Of a stretch of 36,976 bases of DNA, positions 1 through 8,900 are shown one piece after another. Both the position numbers and the translations under genes were made by a program. A model generated the notes under the pieces. The model saw nothing but the letters and a program-made list of their open reading frames with translations. It ran no database searches and was not told the DNA's origin. This DNA comes from a virus: the IMG/VR virus record IMGVR_UViG_3300045988_025438, positions 1 through 36,976 of that record. One strand, given 5' to 3'. Positions within the stretch are counted from its first letter, which is position 1. Each line of letters begins with the position of its first letter.

Positions 1-55
1 TTCTAAAGACGGACCCTACCCACTCATGAGTTCAGCGATGGCGGCTGGCTTGTAT
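1..55 (+). repeat. 55-nt terminal overlap, identical to 36922..36976 (contig circularisation overlap)
   Basis: Direct comparison: ttctaaagacggaccctacccactcatgagttcagcgatggcggctggcttgtat occurs at both ends. It lies inside a CDS and keeps the reading frame. Confidence 0.95.
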
Positions 56-934
56 CATCCTAATTGCAAGGATAAGCATTCGACATACTTTGAAGGCATA
101 AGCTCAAAGCCTGAATCAAGGTACTATGAAGAGAAGCCCGTCATCAAGGAACGACAGCTTATTGAGAACAAGCTCAATCATGCTAAACGACAAGCAAAGA
201 GCTATAATCGTCTAGCAAAGAACAGTCTTGATGCTGAGAATCAAGAGACATATCGTGCTCGTGCTACTGAGTGGCGTGGTAAGGTGAAACAATATCGAGA
301 ACAACTTGATGTATTTGAAGAAAAGAATGGACTCGAGTTGAAAGATAAAATTTTCGAGTTGGAAGAAAAAGCTATTGAACCTAAGCCAAAACCAGAGTAT
401 AATTATGTTAACGTTGAAGGGGATGTTTTGAAACGAATCAAAGCATCTTCAGACAGATGGTTCAAGAAATTGACAGGAACGCAACAAGAGTCTGTTAGAC
501 TTCTAACAGGCGGCAATTACTATCACGATTTGAATAAAATTGCGTACAATAAAGACTTCAATCCAAGCAACAGAGAAGAACTCGAAAACATGGCGAATGT
601 TTTGGAAGAATCGTTCAAGAAGTTCAAATTGAAAGATGACATCATTGCTTATCGTGGAATGTCTCTAAAAGAATTTAATCAAATATTATCGGGTAATGAA
701 TTCAAAGAGTTCAAACACTTGTCCATTGATAAAAAAGTCGCCAAACGATTTTCGAATATGAGTGTCGATGGTGGCGTTGTTGTTAAGTTCCATTTACCAA
801 AAGGAACGAGTGGAGCATATATTGGTGATTACAGTCAATTCAAAAGCGAAAAAGAATTTGTATTGAATAGGAATGCAAAATATGAAGCAATATTGAAAAG
901 CAAAAACGAAATGGAGGTTTATATCTTACCATGA
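2..934 (+). CDS. MuF / SPP1 gp7-family minor head protein, C-terminal part, carrying a C3/VIP2-like ADP-ribosyltransferase domain. It is the 3' part of the gene that starts at 36167.
   Basis: Same frame as the ORF running off the window end, joined through the 55-nt overlap (about 562 aa in total). HPNCK motif at the MuF domain end. The C-terminal domain has LTGGNYYHDLN, AYRG (catalytic Arg), LSID (STS-like position) and SEKEFVL (ExE), the R-S-ExE layout of ADP-ribosylating exotoxins. Confidence 0.75.
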   Translation, partial: SKDGPYPLMSSAMAAGLYHPNCKDKHSTYFEGISSKPESRYYEEKPVIKERQLIENKLNHAKRQAKSYNRLAKNSLDAENQETYRARATEWRGKVKQYREQLDVFEEKNGLELKDKIFELEEKAIEPKPKPEYNYVNVEGDVLKRIKASSDRWFKKLTGTQQESVRLLTGGNYYHDLNKIAYNKDFNPSNREELENMANVLEESFKKFKLKDDIIAYRGMSLKEFNQILSGNEFKEFKHLSIDKKVAKRFSNMSVDGGVVVKFHLPKGTSGAYIGDYSQFKSEKEFVLNRNAKYEAILKSKNEMEVYILP

Positions 935-1116
935 CAGAAGAAGAACTATTGATGGAACGAGAGAGAAAAGTTGAAGAAAGTTATAAGGAATATTTTGATT
1001 CTCGTCCCGGTATGAGTGAAGAAATAGATGAATTGTACGTTCTTTTTGATGAAAAGAAAATAACACCAGAGGAGCTCAGAAAAAGAGCTCTTGAAATCGG
1101 TAAAAAATATAATTAA
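931..1116 (+). CDS. Small acidic protein (61 aa), hypothetical; candidate immunity/antidote partner of the upstream ART domain
   Basis: ATGA start/stop overlap with the MuF-ART gene. GGAGG lies 13 nt upstream. Two terminators follow. No recognisable family. Confidence 0.5.
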   Translation: MTEEELLMERERKVEESYKEYFDSRPGMSEEIDELYVLFDEKKITPEELRKRALEIGKKYN

Positions 1117-1146
1117 GCATCTAGCGAAAAGTTAGGTGCTTTTTTT
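1116..1146 (+). terminator. Rho-independent terminator
   Basis: Stem agcatcta/taggtgct (one G-U pair), 9-nt loop, then tttttt. Confidence 0.6.
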
Positions 1147-1178
1147 GTACCCAAAAATTAAATAAATAAACCCAATTA

Positions 1179-1208
1179 GAGTCACCCATCCGGAGGGTGG
1201 CTCTTTTT
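1179..1208 (+). terminator. Second rho-independent terminator (tandem with 1116..1146)
   Basis: Stem gagtcaccc/gggtggctc (one G-U pair), loop atccgga, then ttttt. Confidence 0.65.
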
Positions 1209-1294
1209 GGTATGTCCGAAGACTTGAAACTACGAGGAGACACCTGAGCACAAAACTGAATAAGGGAGACACCCTAAAAACTGAGAGGAGGAAC

Positions 1295-1897
1295 ATGAAA
1301 ATGTTCAAACACAAACTATTTTTCTTTGATGAATCGGCAAACGCTGGTGAATCAACAGCACAAGATCCGCAACCGAACTCAAACAATCCCGCTCAGAGTA
1401 CTCCAGCGATTGATTATGAGAAGATTGCGAGCATTGTGGAAGGCAAACAGAAGGTCGCTGAGGATACAGTCTTGAAGAACTACTTCAAGAACCAAGGTTT
1501 GACAGGGGAAGAGATGGCACAGGCTATCTCAAGCTTTAAAAGTCAAAAAGCCTCCGCCCAACCCGATGTGGCAAGCCTTCAAGAAGAGCTTCGAGTGGCT
1601 CAAGCTCAAGCACTTCAAACCAAAATCGAGAGCAACTTACAACTTGCAGCAATCAAGCAAGGAGTTGGCTCGAACGTGTTGCCATACGTTTTGAAATTGG
1701 CAGACCAAACAAATCTCACGTTGGATTCTAAGAATGAAGACTACGAGGTTGTCATCGCAAAAGTCTTGGAAGACGTTCCAGCTTTTAAACCAGAAGCGAC
1801 AGCACCAACAGGATTCACACAAGTCGGATCCAAAGGAGATGTAAAACAATCGACAACAAATGACGACTTATTGAAAGCATTTGGAGTCTTCAAATAA
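1295..1897 (+). CDS. Head scaffolding protein
   Basis: 200 aa, helical and Q/E/A-rich, immediately upstream of the major capsid gene. Strong RBS gagaggagg. Confidence 0.65.
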   Translation: MKMFKHKLFFFDESANAGESTAQDPQPNSNNPAQSTPAIDYEKIASIVEGKQKVAEDTVLKNYFKNQGLTGEEMAQAISSFKSQKASAQPDVASLQEELRVAQAQALQTKIESNLQLAAIKQGVGSNVLPYVLKLADQTNLTLDSKNEDYEVVIAKVLEDVPAFKPEATAPTGFTQVGSKGDVKQSTTNDDLLKAFGVFK

Positions 1898-1921
1898 CAA
1901 TACAGAAAAGAGGAAACAAAA

Positions 1922-2824
1922 ATGACAGCTTATGATTACGCAGAACAATTCGCTCCAATTATCGAGCAAAAATACGCTAAGGAATTAACATCTTATGATT
2001 TATTTCAATCAAACCCACAAGTAAAATTCATTGATGCTCAAACAATCAAATTACCAAGCATCACAGTATCAGGATACAAAGACCACAATCGTAAAAGCAT
2101 TGGATTCAACTCTGGTGAAGTGACAAACGAATGGACTCCATTGAAACTTGACCATGACCGTGACATTGAATTTGGAATCGATCCGATGGATGTGGACGAA
2201 ACGAACCAAGTCGTTTCAATCGCAAACGTTCAAAGCACACTTGAATCTGAACAAACTATTCCAGAGAAAGACAGCTATGTCTACTCTAAATTGTACAAAG
2301 AAGCTGAAGCAATGACAGCGAATGGAGCAACAATCTCAACTGTGGCTCTTACAGCTGAAAACATCTTGGAAGAATTCGACAAAGCAATGGAAAAAATGGA
2401 TGATGCATCTGTTCCATTTGAAGGTCGTGTGTTGCGTGTGACTCCAGCAGTCAATCGATTATTGAAAGAAGCTAAAGACTTACAACGCATTATGGCTGTA
2501 AATGGTGGCGGAAAGAACAAAGTAAATCGCTCAGTCTACGACTTAGATGATGTGATTATCAAAGTGATTCCATCTTCTCGCTTAAAAACGAAATACAACT
2601 TCACAGATGGATGTGTACCTGCTGTGGATGCAAAACAAATCAACTTTATGTTAACTCATCCATCAGCAGTCGTTGCTCGTGACAAATACTCATACATCAA
2701 AGTATTTACACCAGGACACGACTCTCGCACAGCTGACAAGTTCTTACTACAATCACGCTTCTACATGGGAGCATTCCTAATCAAGAATCGTGCACACGGT
2801 ATCTTCATCAACGCTCAAGCTTAG
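1922..2824 (+). CDS. Major capsid protein
   Basis: 300-aa ORF directly after the scaffold gene and before the connector genes. RBS agagga. Position and size are typical. Confidence 0.75.
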   Translation: MTAYDYAEQFAPIIEQKYAKELTSYDLFQSNPQVKFIDAQTIKLPSITVSGYKDHNRKSIGFNSGEVTNEWTPLKLDHDRDIEFGIDPMDVDETNQVVSIANVQSTLESEQTIPEKDSYVYSKLYKEAEAMTANGATISTVALTAENILEEFDKAMEKMDDASVPFEGRVLRVTPAVNRLLKEAKDLQRIMAVNGGGKNKVNRSVYDLDDVIIKVIPSSRLKTKYNFTDGCVPAVDAKQINFMLTHPSAVVARDKYSYIKVFTPGHDSRTADKFLLQSRFYMGAFLIKNRAHGIFINAQA

Positions 2825-2840
2825 TCAAGGAGGTATTTGA

Positions 2841-3062
2841 ATGTATACAGCGGAAAAAGAGAACAAAGTGTATACAATCTCAGAATTAGAGGTTGAATAC
2901 TATCAAAATCAAGGATTCGATATCTACAACAGCGAACACGAACTTCACGCTCGTGGTGTGAAAGCTTCTGTGAGTGGTGCGGTTTACAACGCAGCTCTTG
3001 AAGAAATTGAAAAATTAAAAGCTGAAATCGAAGAATTATCCAAAAAGAAAAAAGGTGAGTAG
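2841..3062 (+). CDS. Hypothetical head-module protein (73 aa, coiled-coil C-terminus)
   Basis: RBS aaggagg 7 nt upstream of the ATG. Lies between the capsid and connector genes. Confidence 0.5.
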   Translation: MYTAEKENKVYTISELEVEYYQNQGFDIYNSEHELHARGVKASVSGAVYNAALEEIEKLKAEIEELSKKKKGE

Positions 3063-3064
3063 TC

Positions 3065-3436
3065 ATGATATATGCTGATGAAACGTTCTACAAGAACGAA
3101 TATCTTGGAACTCACACTCCAGAGGGACTCAATCGCATCTTGAAGACAGCAAGTCAGCATATAGACACACTAACATTCAACCGTATTGTGGGGATGGGGT
3201 TTGATAATCTCACTCCATTCCAACAATCGGTCGTTCGTGAGGTGTGTTGCCAAATGGCTGACTTCATGATTGAAAACAAAGACTTAATCGAGACCGCTCT
3301 TTCATCGTATTCCATCAATGGAGTATCGATGAACTTTGGTGATTCTTGGAATGTAGTGACAATGAATGGAATCGCAATGAAGCGAAGCACATTCGAGTTG
3401 CTGAATCAAAGTGGACTTACAAGGAAGGTGATTTGA
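3065..3436 (+). CDS. Head-tail connector (gp6-like) protein
   Basis: 123 aa, first of four small serially overlapping genes between capsid and major tail. Assigned by synteny. Confidence 0.5.
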   Translation: MIYADETFYKNEYLGTHTPEGLNRILKTASQHIDTLTFNRIVGMGFDNLTPFQQSVVREVCCQMADFMIENKDLIETALSSYSINGVSMNFGDSWNVVTMNGIAMKRSTFELLNQSGLTRKVI

Positions 3437-3774
3437 TGCATTTTCCAAGTTTAGTTCTTCCACAATTTTGCAAGACTCCAATCCATGTGATTGTACAAAG
3501 TGAAGAAGTGTCGAAGGATGGCGAACCTATCAAGGCATTTGAAGCCGATTTGCTTTGCAATTATCAAGATAAAGTCGTAACAGTGCTCACGGATCAACAA
3601 AAAATCGTGAAGCTCACGGGGTCGGCGCTGTTTAATGGCGATATTGCCCCCGATTTAGCGACTTTAAGTGGCGGGAGTGTAAATATCCACGGGGTTGAAC
3701 GAAAGATTGCAGATACACGAAAATCACGAAATCCAGACGGTTCTGTGAACTATACTTATCTCGGATTGGAGTGA
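3436..3774 (+). CDS. Head closure / head-tail adaptor protein
   Basis: The tracked ORF 3346..3774 is trimmed to the ATG at 3436, which overlaps the upstream TGA (tgATG). 112 aa. Assigned by synteny. Confidence 0.45.
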   Translation: MHFPSLVLPQFCKTPIHVIVQSEEVSKDGEPIKAFEADLLCNYQDKVVTVLTDQQKIVKLTGSALFNGDIAPDLATLSGGSVNIHGVERKIADTRKSRNPDGSVNYTYLGLE

Positions 3775-3780
3775 TGGACG

Positions 3781-4161
3781 ATGATTCATGCAAATAGTCG
3801 TGTGAAGTTCGACTTCGGGGTCATTGGAAGGCTCAAGAGGGCTCAAATTCAAGCGTTGGAGCAAACTGGCGAGTATTTACACACCGAGATTGTAAACGCC
3901 CAAGTGGTCCCGTTTAGAGACGGTACATTGCAGGGTGAGGCGTTCTCAGTTGATTACTCGGGTTCGAGTAGTGGTCGAGTATCATTGACCCACTCTACTC
4001 CATACGCTCGAAGATTGTACTTCCATCCCGAATACAACTTCAACACGAGCACGAATCCACACGCTAAGGGGAAGTGGATGGATGATTGGATAGAAGGTTC
4101 GAAACAAGAGGACATCAAGAAGGCTTATGCTGCTCTATACAAGAAAATTTCGGGGGTATAA
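3781..4161 (+). CDS. Tail-completion / neck protein (HK97 gp10-like position)
   Basis: 126 aa. Assigned by position in the connector block. Confidence 0.45.
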   Translation: MIHANSRVKFDFGVIGRLKRAQIQALEQTGEYLHTEIVNAQVVPFRDGTLQGEAFSVDYSGSSSGRVSLTHSTPYARRLYFHPEYNFNTSTNPHAKGKWMDDWIEGSKQEDIKKAYAALYKKISGV

Positions 4162-4163
4162 AG

Positions 4164-4571
4164 ATGATAACATTGGCAGAAGTGCGAGATTGGTTGGAAT
4201 CCTATCACGCAGCTCAAAATTACTACATCGGGAAACTCGACAATAAGAAAATGTATAGCATTGGAGTCTATCAACGAAAGACGAATGTCGAACCACGAAT
4301 CGCTATTGGTGGGAGGGATTTGGCAAGCTATGATGTGAAATCGGTCAGCATCTTGATTCATCATAATCAGAATGCGAACGAAACTGAAAAGCGTGCGAAC
4401 TACCTCTTCAACCAAATTCTAAAGGCTGAGAACGTGGTGATTGGTGATACTCCAATCCAAATGATTCGACTCTTATCGAACGAGCCTATTGATGTGGGAA
4501 CTGATGACAATAACGTGTATGAACGTGTCATCGAATTAGATATCTATTACAGATTAGAAAGTGAGGAATAA
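4164..4571 (+). CDS. Tail terminator / tail-completion protein
   Basis: The tracked ORF 4086..4571 is trimmed to the ATG at 4164, just after the upstream stop. 135 aa, immediately upstream of the major tail gene. Confidence 0.45.
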   Translation: MITLAEVRDWLESYHAAQNYYIGKLDNKKMYSIGVYQRKTNVEPRIAIGGRDLASYDVKSVSILIHHNQNANETEKRANYLFNQILKAENVVIGDTPIQMIRLLSNEPIDVGTDDNNVYERVIELDIYYRLESEE

Positions 4572-4573
4572 AA

Positions 4574-5020
4574 ATGGCAGAAAAAAGAACAGGGGTATTC
4601 CCCGTTTATGAAAACCAATTCCAAGTGAACACAGGAACGAAAGACGCTCCAACTTGGACAGAAATCAAAGAATTAGAAAGCTTTTCAGTATCTTTCGACA
4701 ATGGTGTCGAAGAATGGTCTCCATTCGAACACAAAGGATGGAAACGCCGCTTGATGACAGCGAAATCAGTCACAATCTCAGTATCAGGTAAACGACACAT
4801 CGGTGATACTGGTAACGATGCAATCGCTGCTATCGCATTGAAGAACGGTCGTGATGCGGAAAAAGACTTCCAATGGACATTCCCAGACGGATCCAAATTA
4901 GTCTTCAAAGAAGCAGTCATCAACATCAAAGACTTCATGTCTGGTGACAGTACAGCAGCCGCACCACTATCATTCGATATCATGTCAAATGGTAAACCTG
5001 AATATACAGCGGCAGGCTAA
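4574..5020 (+). CDS. Major tail protein
   Basis: 148 aa, RBS gtgagga. An N-terminus of the type MAEKRTGVF..YENQFQV, followed by a terminator and then the chaperone pair and TMP, is typical of Gram-positive siphovirus tail tube proteins. Confidence 0.75.
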   Translation: MAEKRTGVFPVYENQFQVNTGTKDAPTWTEIKELESFSVSFDNGVEEWSPFEHKGWKRRLMTAKSVTISVSGKRHIGDTGNDAIAAIALKNGRDAEKDFQWTFPDGSKLVFKEAVINIKDFMSGDSTAAAPLSFDIMSNGKPEYTAAG

Positions 5021-5038
5021 AAATCACGAAAACGAGTG

Positions 5039-5066
5039 GAGGGGTGAACATCGCCCCTCTTTTTTA
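5039..5066 (+). terminator. Rho-independent terminator after the major tail gene
   Basis: Stem gaggggt/gcccctc, loop gaacatc, then ttttttatt. Confidence 0.65.
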
Positions 5067-5085
5067 TTTGGCAAGGAGGATAAAA

Positions 5086-5295
5086 ATGCATAAAGCACTA
5101 ATCAACTTCATCGATGCGGAAACTCGCAAGGAATACAAAGTCGGTGATGTATTCGATACAACAGGGATGACGGATGAACGCATCCAAGAATTGACGACCG
5201 AACACAATCGAATTGGTGTTCCACTTATCGGTGAAGTAGAAGAAACAGAAACGACAGAAGTATTCACAACAATGAAAGACGAGGTATTTGAATAA
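5086..5295 (+). CDS. Hypothetical tail-module protein (69 aa)
   Basis: The tracked ORF starts at a GTG inside the terminator. The ATG at 5086 has RBS aaggagg 6 nt upstream. Confidence 0.5.
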   Translation: MHKALINFIDAETRKEYKVGDVFDTTGMTDERIQELTTEHNRIGVPLIGEVEETETTEVFTTMKDEVFE

Positions 5296-5594
5296 TGGGA
5301 AAGATTATCGATATTACAGAACAACTAAACTTTGAATCAAAACCAAAAATCAAAATTAAAAACGTAACCATCGAAGTAGATGATTCAGCTCCAACAGCAC
5401 TCAAGCTCATGGAAGTGATGAGTGGCGTTGATGGGGATCCGACTGTTGCCCAAATGAAGAGCTTGTATGAAATCATCTTCAGCGAACAAGACCGTGTGAA
5501 GATTGAAAAATTAAGTCTAAATCTTAAAAGCTGGATGGCTCTCATTCGTGAGGCAATCAATTTGATTGTAGGAGACCAAGAAGCGGGGGAATAG
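5295..5594 (+). CDS. Tail assembly chaperone (gpG-like)
   Basis: 99 aa, directly upstream of TMP. Followed by an ORF that is open in the -1 frame. Confidence 0.7.
   Translation: MGKIIDITEQLNFESKPKIKIKNVTIEVDDSAPTALKLMEVMSGVDGDPTVAQMKSLYEIIFSEQDRVKIEKLSLNLKSWMALIREAINLIVGDQEAGE
5583..5594 (+). promoter_or_regulatory. Candidate -1 ribosomal slip site (GCG GGG GAA TAG) joining the G-like and T-like chaperone ORFs
   Basis: Run of five G at 5585-5589, one codon before the stop. The -1 frame is open only from 5552, so the shift must occur within 5552-5594. Confidence 0.5.
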
Positions 5595-5629
5595 GTGAGC
5601 CATATTACGACATTTTTGAAGATTGGGAC

Positions 5630-5920
5630 TTGATGGTCTCGTCTTTTAGAACGCAATATGGCATCTCGTTCTATTCTTATGATTTTAAAGATATGAAATG
5701 GAAAGAGTTCAGAGCTTTAGTCTCGGGACTTTCATCGGAGACTCCTCTTGGACGAATTATCCAAATTCGAAGCGAGGACGACCCAAAAATGCTCGAATCG
5801 TTCTCACCGGGACAACATCGAATCCGTGACGAGTGGCGAAATAAACGAGCGAAACAACGAACACAAGAAGAGCTTGATGCGGTTCTCAAGGAACTTCAAC
5901 AAGCCTTTTCTGAATGGTAA
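5630..5920 (+). CDS. Tail assembly chaperone extension (gpT-like / Gp15-like), probably made as a G-T fusion by -1 frameshift
   Basis: ORF in the -1 frame relative to 5295..5594, open from 5552. It has only a TTG start and no RBS. Assigned by position before TMP. Confidence 0.6.
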   Translation: MMVSSFRTQYGISFYSYDFKDMKWKEFRALVSGLSSETPLGRIIQIRSEDDPKMLESFSPGQHRIRDEWRNKRAKQRTQEELDAVLKELQQAFSEW

Positions 5921-5936
5921 GTAAGGAGGTGGACAA

Positions 5937-8900
5937 ATGGCAACTAAAATCGGCGATGTTGAATTGGGATTGGTGGTGAATCAACAAGGATTCACGAATC
6001 AATTGAACGGAATCCAACAAAAAGTCATGGGCTTTGCGAAAGTTCTCGCTGGTGCGTTTGCGGTCAAGAAGCTCATTGATTTTGGCTCTGAAGCAATCAA
6101 GCTCGGGTCTGACTTGAATGAGGTTCAAAACGTGGTCGATGTGGCATTCCCGAAGATGTCGAAGCAAGTTGACGAATTCGCAAAATCGGCAATGTACGCA
6201 TCGGGATTGTCTGAGACGATGGCTAAACGCTACACAGGGACATTCGGTGCAATGTCCAAGGCTTTTGGATTTTCAGAACAACAAGCCTATGAGATGTCCA
6301 CAGCGTTGACGAGCTTGGCGGGGGATGTAGCATCCTTCTACAACATTAGTCAAGATGAAGCATATACGAAATTGAAATCTGTGTTCACAGGCGAGACCGA
6401 AACATTGAAAGATTTAGGGGTCGTAATGACACAAACAGCCCTTGATGCATACGCAATGGCGAATGGATTTGGGAAGACGACCGCTGAGATGTCTGAAGCG
6501 GAGAAAGTGGCTCTTAGATTCGCATTCGTTCAAAGTCAATTAGCTCTTGCAAGTGGTGACTTTGCAAGAACGAGCGATTCATGGGCAAACCAAGTGCGGA
6601 TCATGAAATTGCAATTCCAATCGTTCATGGCATCCGTTGGGCAAGGGCTCATCAATCTGTTCACGCCTGTGATTCAAGTTCTTAACTTCCTACTAAGTAA
6701 ACTCTTAACTGTCGGGAACGCATTTAGGGCACTAACTGAACTATTGACGGGTAAGAAATCACAAGCAGGTGGTGGAATACAAGAGACCGCTGATGCTGTC
6801 GGAAACCTTGCGGACAATATGCAAGGGGCAGGCGGTGGAGCTGGCGACATGGCTGATGCTGTGGATGATGCTGGTGGAGCTGCTGACAAGGCTGGCGGTG
6901 CTGCTAAGAAGGCGGCAAAAGAAATGAAGTCCTTGATGGGCTTTGACAAAATCAACAAACTATCCGAACCAAATGACGACTCTGGCGGAGGCGGAGGCGG
7001 CGGTGGAGGAGGAAAAGGCAAAGGAAAAGGTGGCGGTGGTGGAGGCGGAGGTCTCCAACCAAAAGGTGCTCAAGTTGACATGGGCAAGATTGCCGAAGGT
7101 GACAACCAATTGAAGAAATTCTTCGAAGACCTCTTTGGTCGAATTGGTGAGCTCTTGGCAAAATTCAAAGCTGGATTCGATGCTGCATTCCACTCTGAAG
7201 GTTTGGAACGAATGAAAGTGGCTCTTGAACGAATCGGAGCTACCCTCCAAGAAATTTTCACGGATCCACAAGTCGTCCAATCGTTCAATACTATGCTTGA
7301 TAAGTGGGCATATATGTGGGGACAATTTGTCGGTTCAATCGCTTCTGTGGGAGTGGGGATTGGTGTATTCCTTACTGAATCAATTGCGAATGCACTAGAC
7401 AATCACAAAGAACAAATCAAGCAAGCTCTTATCAAATCCTTTGATGCTCGTGGAGATATGTATGAAGCAGCTGGGAACATTGTTCAAGCGTTAGGTGATG
7501 GAATCTATAAGATTTTGACAAGCGAAGGAGCAATCAAAATCGGAACAGCAATCGCAGGGGCATTCATTAGTCTCTACGCTGATATTGAAGAAATCGGTTC
7601 TAAAATCGGACGAGATGTGATGAAAGCAATCGAGACGATTGTCACTAAGAACGCTCCTAAATTGACTCAAGCAATCAACACAGCATTGAAGAATATTGCA
7701 CCAATATTTGAAACTCTCGAAAGAGCTGTCGTAGATGTTGGGAAGATGTTTAAACGTGTGTACGATAATAGTATCGGTCCGTTGATTCTTCAATGGGGTG
7801 ATATGATATCGGGATTGGTTGGAACAATTATCGATGGATTCAACAATCATGTGAATCCAATTCTTGAAAAAGTTGGGAAAGCATTTGAAGGTGTATACAA
7901 GCAATTTGTGAAGCCTATGATTGATTCATTAGGCAATGCCATCTCAAGCATTGCGGAATCTATAAGTAAGGTTTGGACAGTTCTTGAACCACTATACAAC
8001 CTACTTGCTAGTGCATTAGGTCCGATTCTCGGAGTTATTGCTGGTTTGTTAGGTGGTTTATTACTTTCTGCAATTGCTGGAATCTCAGTCGCACTAAAAG
8101 GTGTATTTGATTTTGTAAGTTGGATTTTCGATATGTTCGGTGAGGCTGTGGTCGCAATATCTGACTTTGCGGATAAATTGATGACATTACTGCCTGAGGG
8201 ATTCCAATTAGCTTGGAATGATATTGTATCTATTTGGAGCGGTCTAGGACAATGGTTTGCGGATCGTTGGAATGATGTGATGTCAGCTCTAAGCGGCGTA
8301 GCAACTTGGTTCGGAACTATGTTCACCAATGCTTGGAACAGCATCGTGAATGTGTTCAAATCTATTGGACAATGGTTCAAGGATAGATGGAACGATGTTG
8401 TGAGTGCACTTTCGAATGTAGCTTCATGGTTCGGAACGATGTTCAAGAACGCATGGTCTAATATCGTGAACGTGTTTAGTGTAGCAGGTTCATGGTTTAG
8501 CGGCATTTGGGGAGGCATCAAAGCGGTGTTCTCTGGTGTAATTGAGTTCTTCAGAGGAATCTTCCAAGGAGCTTGGAACACAATTACAAGCATATTCTCA
8601 ACGATTCCAAATTGGTTTAGTAACATTTTCTCTAAAGCGTGGGCAGGCGTTCGAGATGTATTCTCGACTGGCGGTCGTATCTTCATGGGAATTACTGAAG
8701 GTATTCTCGGAACATTCAAGACGGTCGTGAATGGAATCATCGGAGGTATCAACCGAGTAATCACCATCCCATTCAATGGAATCAATGGAATCCTTGATGG
8801 AATTCGTGGAATTAGCGTGATGGGTGTGAGCCCATTTGCTTGGATTGGTAGAATCAGCACTCCACAAATCCCAATGCTGGCTCAAGGGGGATTCGTTAAG

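Noticed and set aside
1-55. The terminal 55-nt repeat as a biological direct terminal repeat or cos site
   Set aside because: It lies inside and in frame with a coding sequence. It has the length of a typical assembler k-mer overlap. The packaging genes are of the pac/headful type.
1132-1386. 84-aa - strand ORF
   Set aside because: It runs through two + strand terminator hairpins and the scaffold gene start. It has no RBS and is the only - strand candidate in the structural module.
5044-5085. Tracked GTG start at 5044 for the 83-aa ORF
   Set aside because: That start lies inside the terminator hairpin of the major tail gene. The ATG at 5086 has a consensus RBS.
7847-8860. 337-aa ORF on the - strand, plus other antisense ORFs at 7491..7904, 8598..8942 and 6674..7021
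   Set aside because: They lie entirely inside the tape measure gene on the opposite strand and have no RBS. Their composition is implausible (Pro/Asn/Ile-rich mirror of the TMP codons). The 6674..7021 poly-Pro is simply the complement of the GGN Gly tract.
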